64,000 bases of DNA, from positions 16,166 through 80,165 of the forward strand of contig JAOQII010000003.1 of assembly GCA_026134025.1 (NCBI GenBank), in the 5' to 3' direction. Positions 1-10,065 of the stretch are shown piece by piece. The notes below the pieces were generated by a model that ran no database searches, was not told the origin of the DNA, and saw only the letters and a program-made list of their open reading frames with translations. Origin of the DNA: Candidatus Syntropharchaeum sp. (lineage in GTDB: Archaea; Halobacteriota; Syntropharchaeia; Syntropharchaeales; Syntropharchaeaceae). The position numbers and the translations under genes are program-made. The stretch's first letter is position 1, and each line of letters starts with the position of its first letter.

Positions 1-20
1 AAAAATAAGGATGCTGACTT

Positions 21-986
21 TTAGAGAATTATATCAATGTTGAGTTCCTCTGCAAGCTCCTTGTATCTGTTTCTTATCGTAACCTCTGTAACACCTGCAA
101 CCTCTGCAACTTCACGCTGTGTCTTTCGCTCACCACAGATGATTGAAGCAATATAGATCGCGGCAGCAGAGACGCCGGTTGGACCTCTTCCCCCGGTCAG
201 CTCCTTATCACCAGCCTGCGTCAAAATCTCGATCGCCTTTGACTGTGCTTCCCCTGATATATTGAGGCTTGAGCAGAATCGTGGTACATAATCGATCGGC
301 GAGGTCGGCTGCAACTTCAGTCCAAGCTCCCTTGAAATGAACCGATATGTGCGCCCAATCTCCTTTCTATTGACTCTTGAGACCGCCCCAATCTCATCGA
401 GCGTTCTTGGAACATTACACTCCCTGCAGGAGACATACAGTGCAGCAGCGGCAACACCTTCGATGCTTCTACCCCTTATCAGGTTGTTCTCAACCGCATC
501 CCTGTATATCTTGGCGCCAGCTTCCCTGACATTCTTTGGAAGTCTTAACGCAGATGCCATCCGATCGAGTTCAGATAGCGCGAATGCAAGGTTTCTCTCG
601 GTTGCATTGCTTACTCTTATCCTTCGCTGCCATTTTCTAAGCCGATAGAGCTGCGCTCGGTGCTTGGAAGAGATAGATTTTCCATAAAAATCCCTGTTCC
701 TCCAGTCTATCATTGTACTCAGACCTTTGTCATGGATCGTCAGCGTCATCGGCGCTCCAACACGTACTCGCTTTGTACGCTGATCTGCATCAAAAGCTCG
801 CCATTCTGGTCCCAGATCAATGAGATCTTCATCGATCACGAGCCCGCAATCATCACAGACAAGCTCTGCACGCTCGTAATCATTAACAAGATTGTGACTG
901 CCACACTCAGGGCACTCGATCATCGCTTTATCAAAATCCCCAAGATTTTCTTTCTCAGGGGTATTATCTAAATTTTTCAGTTCCAA
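21..986 (-). CDS. tfb: Transcription initiation factor IIB (TFB)
   Basis: N-terminal zinc ribbon CPECGS...CDDCG followed by two cyclin-like repeats; typical length of 321 aa. Confidence 0.9.
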   Translation of the reverse strand: MELKNLDNTPEKENLGDFDKAMIECPECGSHNLVNDYERAELVCDDCGLVIDEDLIDLGPEWRAFDADQRTKRVRVGAPMTLTIHDKGLSTMIDWRNRDFYGKSISSKHRAQLYRLRKWQRRIRVSNATERNLAFALSELDRMASALRLPKNVREAGAKIYRDAVENNLIRGRSIEGVAAAALYVSCRECNVPRTLDEIGAVSRVNRKEIGRTYRFISRELGLKLQPTSPIDYVPRFCSSLNISGEAQSKAIEILTQAGDKELTGGRGPTGVSAAAIYIASIICGERKTQREVAEVAGVTEVTIRNRYKELAEELNIDIIL

Positions 987-1055
987 ATAAACACCCCATA
1001 ATAAATGAAATTACATAAAGCGACCTGACCTCCTGGTCTACTTACACCCCTGGTC

Positions 1056-1064
1056 TTATATAAA
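1056..1064. promoter_or_regulatory. TATA-box-like element (ttatataaa) in the divergent intergenic region between tfb and the CDP-alcohol phosphatidyltransferase gene
   Basis: AT-rich TATA consensus seen directly in the sequence; could serve either flanking gene. Confidence 0.3.
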
Positions 1065-1181
1065 CTTAACGCAAAGATTATATGTGAGAACTACATTTTG
1101 TGACGATGGGGATATGAACTGAATATAACAAGCTATCGTAGCAGATTTACCCATTTATTACGTCCAATCTCATCATTCGCT

Positions 1182-1715
1182 GTGCGATTAGGACTCACGC
1201 CGAACCAATTAAGTTTTATATCGCTCGTAGCTGGCGTGATCGCAGCGGTTTTTTATGCAACATCGCGTCCAGCAAGCGGTGCAGCTTCCCTGCTACTTTC
1301 ATCCATATTTGATCTCGTTGATGGTGAGGTTGCAAGAAAGACCGGTCGCTCATCTGCGTTTGGTGCTGCGATCGACTGGATCGTTGATAAGTATATAGAT
1401 GCATTTATCATAATCGGGATCGGTCTGGGTGGCGTTGATCTGAGAATTGCGCTATTTGCACTCTTTGGCTCATTTATCAATACCTTCATAAAACCCGTTG
1501 TCTACTCAGAACTTGGATACAGGGATCGGGTAAGTGGAAAGATCGACGATCCGATCGAGTCTGTTGGATTTTTTGGGAGACCCGAGACGATAATTACAAT
1601 CTTATTCTTCTCATTCCTCAGGCTCGATATAGGGCTTCTGATAATCGCGGTGATGACCCACCTCTCGGCACTCCAGCGGGTTATCTACCTCTACAGAAAT
1701 TGTCGAGGACCTTAG
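1182..1715 (+). CDS. CDP-alcohol phosphatidyltransferase family protein (archaeal polar-lipid headgroup transferase)
   Basis: Signature D-G-x2-A-R-x8-G-x3-G-x3-D (DLVDGEVARKTGRSSAFGAAIDWIVDK); multiple TM helices. The true start may lie upstream at a non-ATG codon. Confidence 0.7.
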   Translation: MRLGLTPNQLSFISLVAGVIAAVFYATSRPASGAASLLLSSIFDLVDGEVARKTGRSSAFGAAIDWIVDKYIDAFIIIGIGLGGVDLRIALFALFGSFINTFIKPVVYSELGYRDRVSGKIDDPIESVGFFGRPETIITILFFSFLRLDIGLLIIAVMTHLSALQRVIYLYRNCRGP

Positions 1716-2911
1716 AATGTGTTTAGCTTCCCTTCTGATACAAGCTTTGTGATATCCGTGATCCGCTCAAGCCATCCGTCAACGACATCCTCTATCGCTG
1801 GTTTGATCTTATCTATACTCACCCCTTTTTCTGGAATGATCTGGGCGTTCGCAACCAATGGGTTATCGATCGGCTGTCCTATCTGTGATAAGATCCTGAC
1901 CGATATCTCCTGAAGTCCATCAACCTTCTCAACGGCATCCCTCGCGATCTGAGTTGAGAGGAGGTTGTAGATCTTTCCAACATGATTTACAGGATTCTTA
2001 CCGGACGTTGCCTCAAGGCTCATCGATCTGTTCGGTGTTATTAGCCCATTTGCACGATTTCCCCTTCCAACCGATCCATCATCACCCATCTCTGCAGAAA
2101 GCCCTGTCACAGTAAGATAAACCGATTCTTTCTCGATATCATCACCGATATTGACAAATACCTCGACATCTCGCGTGGTATAATCTGCGGCGACATCTTT
2201 TGCAAATGCAGCGATCTCATCCCGTATTGTGAGATAATGTGCGATATCATCAACATATCTTGAAACAAATGCGTCCGCGATCGTAACCATAATTTTATCC
2301 CCAGTCCTTAACCCCATCACCTTTATATCCTCGCCGATTACCTTCTCTCGCTTACCAAGATCTGTTATCATCCGCCTCTCGATATTGTAAACAATATTTT
2401 CGGTCTCAGAGAAGGGGGCATGTCCCACGCCAAAGGATGTATCATTTGCACGTGGTATCTCACCCTTCGAACCGAATATCTCGATAAGGTCATATGAGCC
2501 TTGCCCGATCTTGGAATCGATCACCACGTCAGAATTGAGATCAATATTGTGAATATTATCTTCCAGATACGTTCTTGCAGCCTTCAATGCGATAACATCG
2601 ACGGGAACCTCGTCGTCTCCAACTCGCCTTGTTGCTCTCCCATTCAATAGGATGTATATAGGAGCAATGATCTCCCCCCCGCCAAATGCTGGTCTGGATC
2701 TGCCTGCGACGATGGCTACCTCATCTGTATTGTGGTGCAGGATCGTGCCGTACCGTTTATTGTACTCGCTGCACAATTCACGGCTCACAGCCTCAGCGAT
2801 TCCGTCACAGATCGAGTCAGGATGGCCAATGCCTTTTCTCTCAACAAGCTCAATCTCCTGACGTTCGATCGGAAGCTGTTTTATCCCCTCAACCCTTATA
2901 TTTCGTGCCAT
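1712..2911 (-). CDS. mat: Archaeal-type S-adenosylmethionine synthetase
   Basis: N-terminus MARNIRVE...[17 protein letters not shown]; 399 aa, typical of archaeal MAT. Confidence 0.9.
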   Translation of the reverse strand: MARNIRVEGIKQLPIERQEIELVERKGIGHPDSICDGIAEAVSRELCSEYNKRYGTILHHNTDEVAIVAGRSRPAFGGGEIIAPIYILLNGRATRRVGDDEVPVDVIALKAARTYLEDNIHNIDLNSDVVIDSKIGQGSYDLIEIFGSKGEIPRANDTSFGVGHAPFSETENIVYNIERRMITDLGKREKVIGEDIKVMGLRTGDKIMVTIADAFVSRYVDDIAHYLTIRDEIAAFAKDVAADYTTRDVEVFVNIGDDIEKESVYLTVTGLSAEMGDDGSVGRGNRANGLITPNRSMSLEATSGKNPVNHVGKIYNLLSTQIARDAVEKVDGLQEISVRILSQIGQPIDNPLVANAQIIPEKGVSIDKIKPAIEDVVDGWLERITDITKLVSEGKLNTF

Positions 2912-2938
2912 AAAAACTCCTCTCTCATAAAAATCGGT

Positions 2939-3511
2939 CTAACTCCGATACTCATCTTCCAGCGGCTTTGGTGGTAGCGGAAACATGCTTCTGAAGGCCT
3001 CAGGGTTTTTAACCATATCTTTAAGCTGCTCTTTTGTCTCTTCCACAAGAACATCCACGTACATCATCTCAACAAAATTTTGTGCAGCGCCTGCGAGCTC
3101 AAGCAGACCTTTTACATCCTCCTCCACCTCTTCAAAATTGCAGGCAAAGGGACACATTCTTCTCAGGATGTTGAGTAGATCGAGATATCTCCACATCTCC
3201 TCCTTTCGATCTATCGATTCAAGCTGTCGCTGAAAGTGTGATTTGAGTTCTTCGGTGTTCAGTTGCGCTGAAAGTGACATCGGTTTTATCCCATCGACCG
3301 TCGCAAATATTAAGGGTATATTGATAAGATATTCGACATAAGCGTTGTCTATACTCTCTCTTGCGCCTATTGCACACGCAATTCGCTGATCCTCATTTTC
3401 TTCTCCATCCAGTTTCCTGCACATGCTGCAGTACTGCCAGAATCGGTCGATAGACTGGTAAAAAGATATGACACCTTCAAGAGGTAACTCCGCTCTAAGT
3501 TCCATATACAA
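2939..3511 (-). CDS. Hypothetical protein of 190 aa, acidic C-terminus
   Basis: Long ORF with coding-like composition in the operon position between mat and hisH; no recognisable motif. Confidence 0.4.
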   Translation of the reverse strand: MYMELRAELPLEGVISFYQSIDRFWQYCSMCRKLDGEENEDQRIACAIGARESIDNAYVEYLINIPLIFATVDGIKPMSLSAQLNTEELKSHFQRQLESIDRKEEMWRYLDLLNILRRMCPFACNFEEVEEDVKGLLELAGAAQNFVEMMYVDVLVEETKEQLKDMVKNPEAFRSMFPLPPKPLEDEYRS

Positions 3512-3517
3512 GAGGTC

Positions 3518-4189
3518 TCACCCCAGACTTTTAAAGTTTTTCGTGCTGGTGGAACACATCCTGAGAAAATTCTCAAGCATCTTGATCCCGATCTCACCGC
3601 TCTTTTCAGGATGGAACTGTGTGCCAACCACATTGCCATTGGAAGATGTAACAATTGCGGCAAAATCAACGCCATAACGAGACGTTGCGACGGTAAGCTC
3701 ATCCTTCGCTGTCACCGCATAGTAAGAGTGTACAAAATATACATAAGCGCCGTCCATGATCCCATCGAGTATCGGGTGGTCGTGTCGTACCTTAAGTGTA
3801 TTCCAACCCATGTGCGGTATCTTGAGACCCATGTCCTGTGGAAAGCGTACAACCCTACCTGGTATGTAACCAAGACCATCGATCAACCCCCCCTCTTCAC
3901 TGAGGGAGAGGAGCATCTGCATACCGAGACATATCCCGAGTACTGGCTTACCGGCGGCAACCGCATCAGAAAGAATCTCTCTCAAAGGTTCCAGGTTCTT
4001 CATACCCGATTTGAACGCACCAACACCTGGAAGAACGATTCCGTCAGCATCCCTGATAAAGAAAGGATCAGCTGTTATCCTGCAATCAGCACCAACACGC
4101 CGTAACCCTTTGAACGCGCTCTTAAGGTTTCCAACGCCATAATCAAGGATCGCTATTCTTTTAGATTGGCGTGAACTTTGTACCATAGT
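3518..4189 (-). CDS. hisH: Imidazole glycerol phosphate synthase, glutamine amidotransferase subunit HisH
   Basis: IAILDYGVGNLKS, GVGAF, LGICLGMQ (catalytic Cys), HMGWN, YFVHSY. The ORF extends to 4273, but an internal Met at 4189 gives the canonical N-terminus. Confidence 0.85.
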   Translation of the reverse strand, partial: TMVQSSRQSKRIAILDYGVGNLKSAFKGLRRVGADCRITADPFFIRDADGIVLPGVGAFKSGMKNLEPLREILSDAVAAGKPVLGICLGMQMLLSLSEEGGLIDGLGYIPGRVVRFPQDMGLKIPHMGWNTLKVRHDHPILDGIMDGAYVYFVHSYYAVTAKDELTVATSRYGVDFAAIVTSSNGNVVGTQFHPEKSGEIGIKMLENFLRMCSTSTKNFKSLG

Positions 4190-4550
4190 AGATGATGCCC
4201 TTATCCCCATCCTCACCGATTCTTCTGAAGATCGCCCGTACTCGCGTCCCGATATCGATCTCTTCTGGATCACAAACGATCTGGGATGTTAAAGAAGGTC
4301 CTTCATCGAGCTTTACGATCCCAATGATGTACGGTACCTCCCGTTCAAACTCTGTAGAGGTGACGTATACTTCTGTAAACGTCTCAATCTTTCCTTCACC
4401 GGCGAACGTGTACGAGGTCATCTCACTCCTGCGTCTGCAATGTGGGCAGACAACCCTTTTTGGGTAGTAATAATTACCACAGGAGGTACACCTTGAACCT
4501 ATGAGGTTATATCTATTCGGTATTGCCCTCCAGAATCTCGGAACTCCCAT
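4161..4550 (-). CDS. DUF35-type protein with a Zn-ribbon plus OB-fold (acyl-CoA-associated)
   Basis: CTSCGNYYYPKRVVCPHC zinc ribbon followed by an OB-fold segment; its start overlaps the meaB stop by 1 nt. Confidence 0.6.
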   Translation of the reverse strand: MGVPRFWRAIPNRYNLIGSRCTSCGNYYYPKRVVCPHCRRRSEMTSYTFAGEGKIETFTEVYVTSTEFEREVPYIIGIVKLDEGPSLTSQIVCDPEEIDIGTRVRAIFRRIGEDGDKGIIYYGTKFTPI

Positions 4551-5512
4551 TACCTATTCCTCACACGCTTTATCGCATCGACGGCTGCTGTATGAGGGTC
4601 AACTTCCCGTTTCACCATCTTATCGATCAGCGGTTCGTATTCTCCCGCTTCCTTCAGATTATTAAGAACGATATGGACACCTTCCTCACGGATCCAATCC
4701 TTCAGCCCGGCCCTAACTCGATCTCTGATGCGCTTATCAAGGCCTCCTGTTGAGGCAAGGTACTTCATGTGCTCTTCGATCGTATCCACAAGCTCTTTTA
4801 TACCCTCGTTCCTAACCGCCACGGTCTGGAGAATCGGCGGCACCCACTCATCCTCCCCATAGCCTGCAAGATCTATCATCATCTCAAGATCGACAAGAAC
4901 GCGCTCAACACCCTCTCGATCTGCTTTATTAACGACAAATATCGTTCCTATCTCGAGTATTCCAGCTTTTATAGCCTGTATCTCATCGCCCATGCCAGGA
5001 ACGAGAACAACAATAGGCGTATGTGACGAATTTACAATATCAACCTCTGACTGCCCTGCTCCAACTGTCTCAACGATGATAACATCTTTACCAGACGCGT
5101 CGAGGATCGTGATCGCATCGCTTGTAGCTCTTGAGAGACCTCCAAGACTTCCACGCGTGCCCATGCTTCTGATGAAGACTTCCTTATCGGTCGCATGGCT
5201 CTGCATCCTGATTCGATCCCCGAGAAGTGCTCCGCCTGTGAAAGGACTTGTTGGATCAACAGCGATCACACCCACACTTTTCCCACGTTTTCTGTACTCA
5301 CCTGTCATCTTGTTAACAAGCGATGACTTTCCAGAACCGGGTGCACCAGTTATCCCGATGACGTGCGCTTTGCCGGTGTGTGGATATAGCTCACGCATCA
5401 ACTCACGCACTTCGGGATGGTTATTCTCTACCATCGTAATAAGCCTCGCAACCGCCCGTCTATCTCCGTTTAAGACACGTTCTGCGATATCCATCTCTTT
5501 CACACCTGCCAA
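4550..5512 (-). CDS. meaB: Methylmalonyl-CoA mutase-associated GTPase MeaB/ArgK
   Basis: P-loop GITGAPGSGKSS, NKAD motif (VVNKADREG), 320 aa. Confidence 0.85.
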   Translation of the reverse strand: MAGVKEMDIAERVLNGDRRAVARLITMVENNHPEVRELMRELYPHTGKAHVIGITGAPGSGKSSLVNKMTGEYRKRGKSVGVIAVDPTSPFTGGALLGDRIRMQSHATDKEVFIRSMGTRGSLGGLSRATSDAITILDASGKDVIIVETVGAGQSEVDIVNSSHTPIVVLVPGMGDEIQAIKAGILEIGTIFVVNKADREGVERVLVDLEMMIDLAGYGEDEWVPPILQTVAVRNEGIKELVDTIEEHMKYLASTGGLDKRIRDRVRAGLKDWIREEGVHIVLNNLKEAGEYEPLIDKMVKREVDPHTAAVDAIKRVRNR

Positions 5513-5518
5513 TGCCGT

Positions 5519-5923
5519 TTAATCCTTTGGAGCATTATTTACGATGAATTCAACGATTTCTTCCGTGGTAGTTCCGGGTCCAAATATACCTTTAATCCCG
5601 ATCTTCTCAAGCTCAGGGATATCATCTTCAGGTATAATACCTCCAATCGTCACCAAGATATCTTTAGCACCCTCTTCTTTCAGAAGTTCAACAACTCGCG
5701 GGGCGAGTGCCATGTGTGCCCCCGAAAGGATGCTCAAACCTACAACAGAGACATCCTCCTGGATTGCCGCCTCCACGATCTGCTCCGGTGTCTGATGGAG
5801 ACCTGTGTATATCACTTCCATCCCAGCCTCTCTCAGCGACCTTGCAACAACCTTGATACCACGATCGTGACCATCTAATCCTGGTTTTGCGAGTAATACT
5901 CTGACGATTCTATCTGAAGCCAT
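5519..5923 (-). CDS. mcmA2: Methylmalonyl-CoA mutase, B12-binding (small) subunit
   Basis: Cobalamin-binding DxHxxG motif ([12 protein letters not shown]); 134-aa stand-alone B12 domain. Confidence 0.85.
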   Translation of the reverse strand: MASDRIVRVLLAKPGLDGHDRGIKVVARSLREAGMEVIYTGLHQTPEQIVEAAIQEDVSVVGLSILSGAHMALAPRVVELLKEEGAKDILVTIGGIIPEDDIPELEKIGIKGIFGPGTTTEEIVEFIVNNAPKD

Positions 5924-6005
5924 TCCTTCATCAACTCCTTTTTGTATAAAATCAAGACTTACTTTTTAATCTATCGGTTTTTGAGTATAAGTAAGTTTAT
6001 CTACA

Positions 6006-6299
6006 ATGACAGAATCATCTTGGTGGAGGAAGATAGTGGTGATAGTCAAGGTGAAACCCCTCGATATATTTCAGGCGATAATCGGGGAAACTGAGGTTAT
6101 ACTTGAGCTTGATGATGGCACAAACATACTCGATCTCCTTAAAGTCTTGAAGGCTAAGTATAAAATATATGAACGTATGTACTTGATGATCATGAAGAAC
6201 GGAAGGCATATCAGGTTTCTGGCTGGTGGAAAGACGCAGCTTGAGAACAATGATATTATAACGATTGCATCTCCATCCCTGGAGGTATATAAAACATGA
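6006..6299 (+). CDS. MoaD/ThiS-like beta-grasp protein lacking a C-terminal Gly-Gly (tentative)
   Basis: VKVK...LLKVL...NGRHIRFLAGGKTQLENNDIITIASP resembles the MoaD/ThiS C-terminal half but ends SLEVYKT; 4-nt overlap (ATGA) with the downstream U32 gene. Confidence 0.35.
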   Translation: MTESSWWRKIVVIVKVKPLDIFQAIIGETEVILELDDGTNILDLLKVLKAKYKIYERMYLMIMKNGRHIRFLAGGKTQLENNDIITIASPSLEVYKT

Positions 6300-7339
6300 G
6301 ATGGCTTTCTGTTGCACATCCAGGGCATATGGAAGCTTTGAAGGAGATCGTTGAGGCAGGAGGATCAAACATATACGAGGTTTACACAGGAGGGTCTCCG
6401 GATTGTATCGGGACTGCTCGAAGTGGGCTTGGAACACCAACAACAGAAGATATTAGAGAACAGGTTGATTACGCCCATGCAAATGGGATAAGAATGAACA
6501 TCGTCCTTAACAGCGCCTGTCTTGGGGGAAGACACCTGACACGGGATGGGCACAATCTCTACAGGTGGTATCTCAAGATCCTGAATGATGTCGGGGTTGA
6601 TGCTGTCACGGTAGCAGAGCCGTTCCTGGTTGAGATGATCGCAAAGGAGTTTCCAGATATCGCAATCACCGTATCATGTATCGCTTTTGTGGCCTCCCCA
6701 CAGAAGGCAATATACTATGAAGAACTTGGAGCAGATACGATCGCACTCGACATAAACATAAATAAGAACTTCCCTGTACTTGAAAATATTCGTGACGCGG
6801 TTGACTGCAAGCTGAAGCTGCTCGTGAATGAGGGTTGTATATTCGATTGTCCCTTCCGTTACGCCCATTTCAACTTATTATCCCATGCGAATGGACCTGA
6901 ACCCCGTCCTCTGCTCAATTATGAGTATTATCAGCAGCGGTGTGCATCGATGAGGGTCGAACACCCTGAACTTCTGATAAGCTCAGGATGGATTCGTCCA
7001 GAGGATGTGAAGGAATATGAGGCGATCGGAATCGACATCTTCAAGATCAGTGGCAGGATTCAGTCTGTAAACTGGATCACAAACTGTGTGAAGGCTTATA
7101 CATCCAGGGAGTATCATGGAAACCTCCTCGAGCTTCTTGACTCAACACGCGAACTCAGGCGTTTATTTTATCTACCAAATGATGCGCTCGAGGGTGCGAT
7201 AGAGAAGTGGAAGACGTGTGATAAAAACTGCTACAGGTGTGGATACTGTAAGAAGTTAAGCAGCGAGATACTCGTATATTCTGAAAGAAGAACGCCAGAT
7301 GAGACGTTGAAGCCCTTGAGTGATTATATGGTGGTTTGA
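6296..7339 (+). CDS. Peptidase U32 family protein (RlhA/TrhP/UbiU-like putative Fe-S enzyme)
   Basis: TIM-barrel-like U32 blocks (GVDAVTVAEP, GADTIALDIN, LKLLVNEGCIFDCPF) and four spaced Cys (VSC...VDC...GCIFDC...RC) that could ligate a 4Fe-4S cluster. Confidence 0.6.
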   Translation: MRWLSVAHPGHMEALKEIVEAGGSNIYEVYTGGSPDCIGTARSGLGTPTTEDIREQVDYAHANGIRMNIVLNSACLGGRHLTRDGHNLYRWYLKILNDVGVDAVTVAEPFLVEMIAKEFPDIAITVSCIAFVASPQKAIYYEELGADTIALDININKNFPVLENIRDAVDCKLKLLVNEGCIFDCPFRYAHFNLLSHANGPEPRPLLNYEYYQQRCASMRVEHPELLISSGWIRPEDVKEYEAIGIDIFKISGRIQSVNWITNCVKAYTSREYHGNLLELLDSTRELRRLFYLPNDALEGAIEKWKTCDKNCYRCGYCKKLSSEILVYSERRTPDETLKPLSDYMVV

Positions 7340-8097
7340 TGATCACCCAGGAACTTCTTGATGCTCGCAGTAAATTAGAGGAGCGGCTTCAGAAGCTTAC
7401 CGGTGGAGCAGGTGTGTTCGCATCTGAGTCTGATATATTTGCGATGTCCTGCGGGTGCATCGGGGCGATCTCGTATATTCAGGGTTTACAGCTCGAGGAT
7501 GTTGAGGTCTATCATGATGAACTCAAGAACCTGATCGAGGATTTTTCTCGTAATCTCGGGATATTCCCTTCGGTCTCTTACGCACAGATGAAGCCTGGAA
7601 AGTTTGATCTTGAGCGGCTTCAGGCGCATGACCTCTGTGATAGCTGTAAAAAGGAGTATGCGGGCTGTGGAGGAAAGCCATGGCCTGATATGATACTATT
7701 TAAGATGGATGAAGGGGGAGAAAGCGCCTTTACAGATATTCTTAGGTTTAGATCCGGCTTGGAGGAGCTTTTGAGAGTGATCTCAAAGCGTCCTGCTTAT
7801 GTGATGCAGTTCAATATCTTCGCGAGGATATGTGGATGTGTTGGGGTTACAGCGGTTGTGAGAGGGATCTTTGGTGACGAGATTCAGAGAAACGCAGAAG
7901 AAATCGTTGAACACCTCACCAGAACGTCAGAAGAAGTTGGAATCGAGCCAACTGTCGTCTACACAACGTTTGTTCATGGTACAGAGGCTGTTGCAGGAAT
8001 CTCAGCCCAAGCGACGTGTAAAGCTTGCAGAACAACGTATGAAGAGTATGAAGTTATACCAAGACCCGATCTTGACATACTCTACTTCGAGAAGTGA
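7336..8097 (+). CDS. Hypothetical protein made of two homologous Cys4 repeats (CGCxG...CxxC)
   Basis: Internal duplication seen directly: repeat 1 FAMSCGCIGA...LGIFPSVSYA...CDSCKKEY; repeat 2 FARICGCVGV...VGIEPTVVYT...CKACRTTYEEY. ATGA overlap with the U32 gene. Confidence 0.5.
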   Translation: MMITQELLDARSKLEERLQKLTGGAGVFASESDIFAMSCGCIGAISYIQGLQLEDVEVYHDELKNLIEDFSRNLGIFPSVSYAQMKPGKFDLERLQAHDLCDSCKKEYAGCGGKPWPDMILFKMDEGGESAFTDILRFRSGLEELLRVISKRPAYVMQFNIFARICGCVGVTAVVRGIFGDEIQRNAEEIVEHLTRTSEEVGIEPTVVYTTFVHGTEAVAGISAQATCKACRTTYEEYEVIPRPDLDILYFEK

Positions 8098-8148
8098 AAG
8101 AGAAAGGTATTTAGTTCATGGCAACAATGAAATACATAAAGAGGTAGT

Positions 8149-10059
8149 ATGACAGAAAAAATTGAAGAGGAACCTGTTATAGAAAATGATGATCTTCTTG
8201 GTGGATGTGAGCTTGAGAGCACCGATGATATAGAAGTGCCCAGGCTTCTCATTGAGCAGGTGATCGGGCAGGAGCATGCGGTAGAGATCATAAAGAAAGC
8301 AGCAATCCAGCGGCGACATGTGATGATGATCGGAACACCCGGTACAGGAAAGTCTATGCTGGCGCGCGCGATGTCTGAGCTTCTGCCAAAAGAGGAGCTC
8401 CAAGACGTGCTTGTCTATCATAACCTTGAGGATGCAAACAACCCAAAGATCAGGGTACTTCCTGCTGGAAAAGGTAAGGAGATCGTGACAATTCAGAAAG
8501 AGGAGGCAAGGCGGCGTGCCCAGGCGAGAAATACATTTCTGATACTCATTATATTCTCGATCGTGATCTATGCAACACTGGTCGGGCAGTTCATCTGGGG
8601 AATTATTGCAGCCGCGATGATCTTCATGGCGCTCAAGTATATCATGCCCCGTGAGGATATGCTCGTTCCAAAGCTGCTCGTATCAAATGCCGGTAAGGAG
8701 ATAGCACCGTTCAATGATGCAACCGGCGCGCATGCTGGAGCACTTCTTGGAGATGTCAGGCATGATCCGTTCCAGTCAGGTGGGCTTGAGACTCCTTCCC
8801 ATGACAGGGTTGAGGCTGGTGCAATCCACAAGTCACATAAGGGCGTACTTTTCATCGACGAGATAAATACACTGAGAATGGAATCCCAGCAGCAGCTTTT
8901 AACAGCTCTTCAGGAGAGGAAGTACGCGATAACAGGTCAATCTGAGCGAAGTTCCGGCGCGATGGTAAAGACAGATCCTGTGCCATGTGATTTTATCATG
9001 GTTGCAGCGGGCAACCTCGACGCGATGGCAGGGATGCACCCCGCACTCCGTTCAAGGATCAAGGGTTACGGGTATGAGATTTATATGCAGGATACGATGG
9101 ATGATACACCAGAGAACCGCCAGAAACTCGTGAGGTTTGTTGCCCAGGAGGTTAAGAAAGATGGTAAGATCCCACCCTTTGATAAAGGTGCTGTAACAGA
9201 GATCATACGGGAGGCAAAGCGCAGGACAGGTCGCAAGAACAAGCTCTCACTGATATTGAGGGATCTTGGTGGTCTTATCAGGGTTGCAGGTGATATCGCA
9301 AAGGCAGATAACGCTGAGATTACAACAGCCGACCACGTGATACGTGCAAAGTCGATGGCAAGATCTGTAGAGCAGCAGCTTGCAGATCAATACCTTGAGC
9401 ATCGGAAGGATTACAAGTACTTCAAGAACGAGGGTGAAGAGATTGGGCGGGTCAATGGTCTTGCTGTAATAGGTGATTCGGGGGTGATGCTCCCGATTCT
9501 CGCAGAGGTGACACCAACCCAGTCGAAGTCAGAAGGACATGTGATCGCAACTGGTCTGCTACAGGACATCGCGAAGGAGGCTGTCCAGAACGTCTCTGCG
9601 ATCATAAAGAAGGTCACAGGAAAGGATATATCAAACAAAGATGTCCATATCCAGTTCATCGGGACGTATGAAGGAGTTGAAGGTGATAGCGCCTCAATAT
9701 CGATCGCAACAGCGGTTGTATCCGCCCTTGAAGAGATACCTGTGGATCAGCGTGTTGCGATGACAGGATCGCTCTCTGTACGGGGTGATGTCCTGCCTGT
9801 TGGCGGGGTCACACACAAGATCGAGGCAGCGGCAAAGGCTGGTGTTTCGACCGTGATAATCCCGAAAGCAAATGCAGAGGATGTCATAATCGAGGAAAGG
9901 TACAGGGATATGGTTGAGATCGTTCCTGTTGCAACGATCAATGAGGTATTTGAGCACAGCCTGATCGGCGGGAAGAAGCAGCGATTCCTCGATAAGCTTA
10001 AAGATTTTGCAACTGTCGGCATCGGGATCATTGATATAGACAAACCGACCGTATCCTGA
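8149..10059 (+). CDS. lonB: Archaeal membrane-bound Lon protease (LonB)
   Basis: AAA+ Walker A GTPGTGKS, inserted TM hairpin ([30 protein letters not shown]), C-terminal Lon protease domain with catalytic Ser/Lys region (GDSAS...). Confidence 0.9.
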   Translation: MTEKIEEEPVIENDDLLGGCELESTDDIEVPRLLIEQVIGQEHAVEIIKKAAIQRRHVMMIGTPGTGKSMLARAMSELLPKEELQDVLVYHNLEDANNPKIRVLPAGKGKEIVTIQKEEARRRAQARNTFLILIIFSIVIYATLVGQFIWGIIAAAMIFMALKYIMPREDMLVPKLLVSNAGKEIAPFNDATGAHAGALLGDVRHDPFQSGGLETPSHDRVEAGAIHKSHKGVLFIDEINTLRMESQQQLLTALQERKYAITGQSERSSGAMVKTDPVPCDFIMVAAGNLDAMAGMHPALRSRIKGYGYEIYMQDTMDDTPENRQKLVRFVAQEVKKDGKIPPFDKGAVTEIIREAKRRTGRKNKLSLILRDLGGLIRVAGDIAKADNAEITTADHVIRAKSMARSVEQQLADQYLEHRKDYKYFKNEGEEIGRVNGLAVIGDSGVMLPILAEVTPTQSKSEGHVIATGLLQDIAKEAVQNVSAIIKKVTGKDISNKDVHIQFIGTYEGVEGDSASISIATAVVSALEEIPVDQRVAMTGSLSVRGDVLPVGGVTHKIEAAAKAGVSTVIIPKANAEDVIIEERYRDMVEIVPVATINEVFEHSLIGGKKQRFLDKLKDFATVGIGIIDIDKPTVS

Positions 10060-10065
10060 GTTTGA

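Noticed and set aside
3518-4273. Extended N-terminus of the hisH ORF (to 4273)
   Set aside because: The upstream 28 codons are basic and Ser-rich and overlap the DUF35 gene. The canonical HisH N-terminus begins at the internal Met (4189), so the longer ORF is probably not translated.
8568-8855. 95-aa minus-strand ORF inside lonB
   Set aside because: Fully embedded antisense to a high-confidence gene, with no motif.
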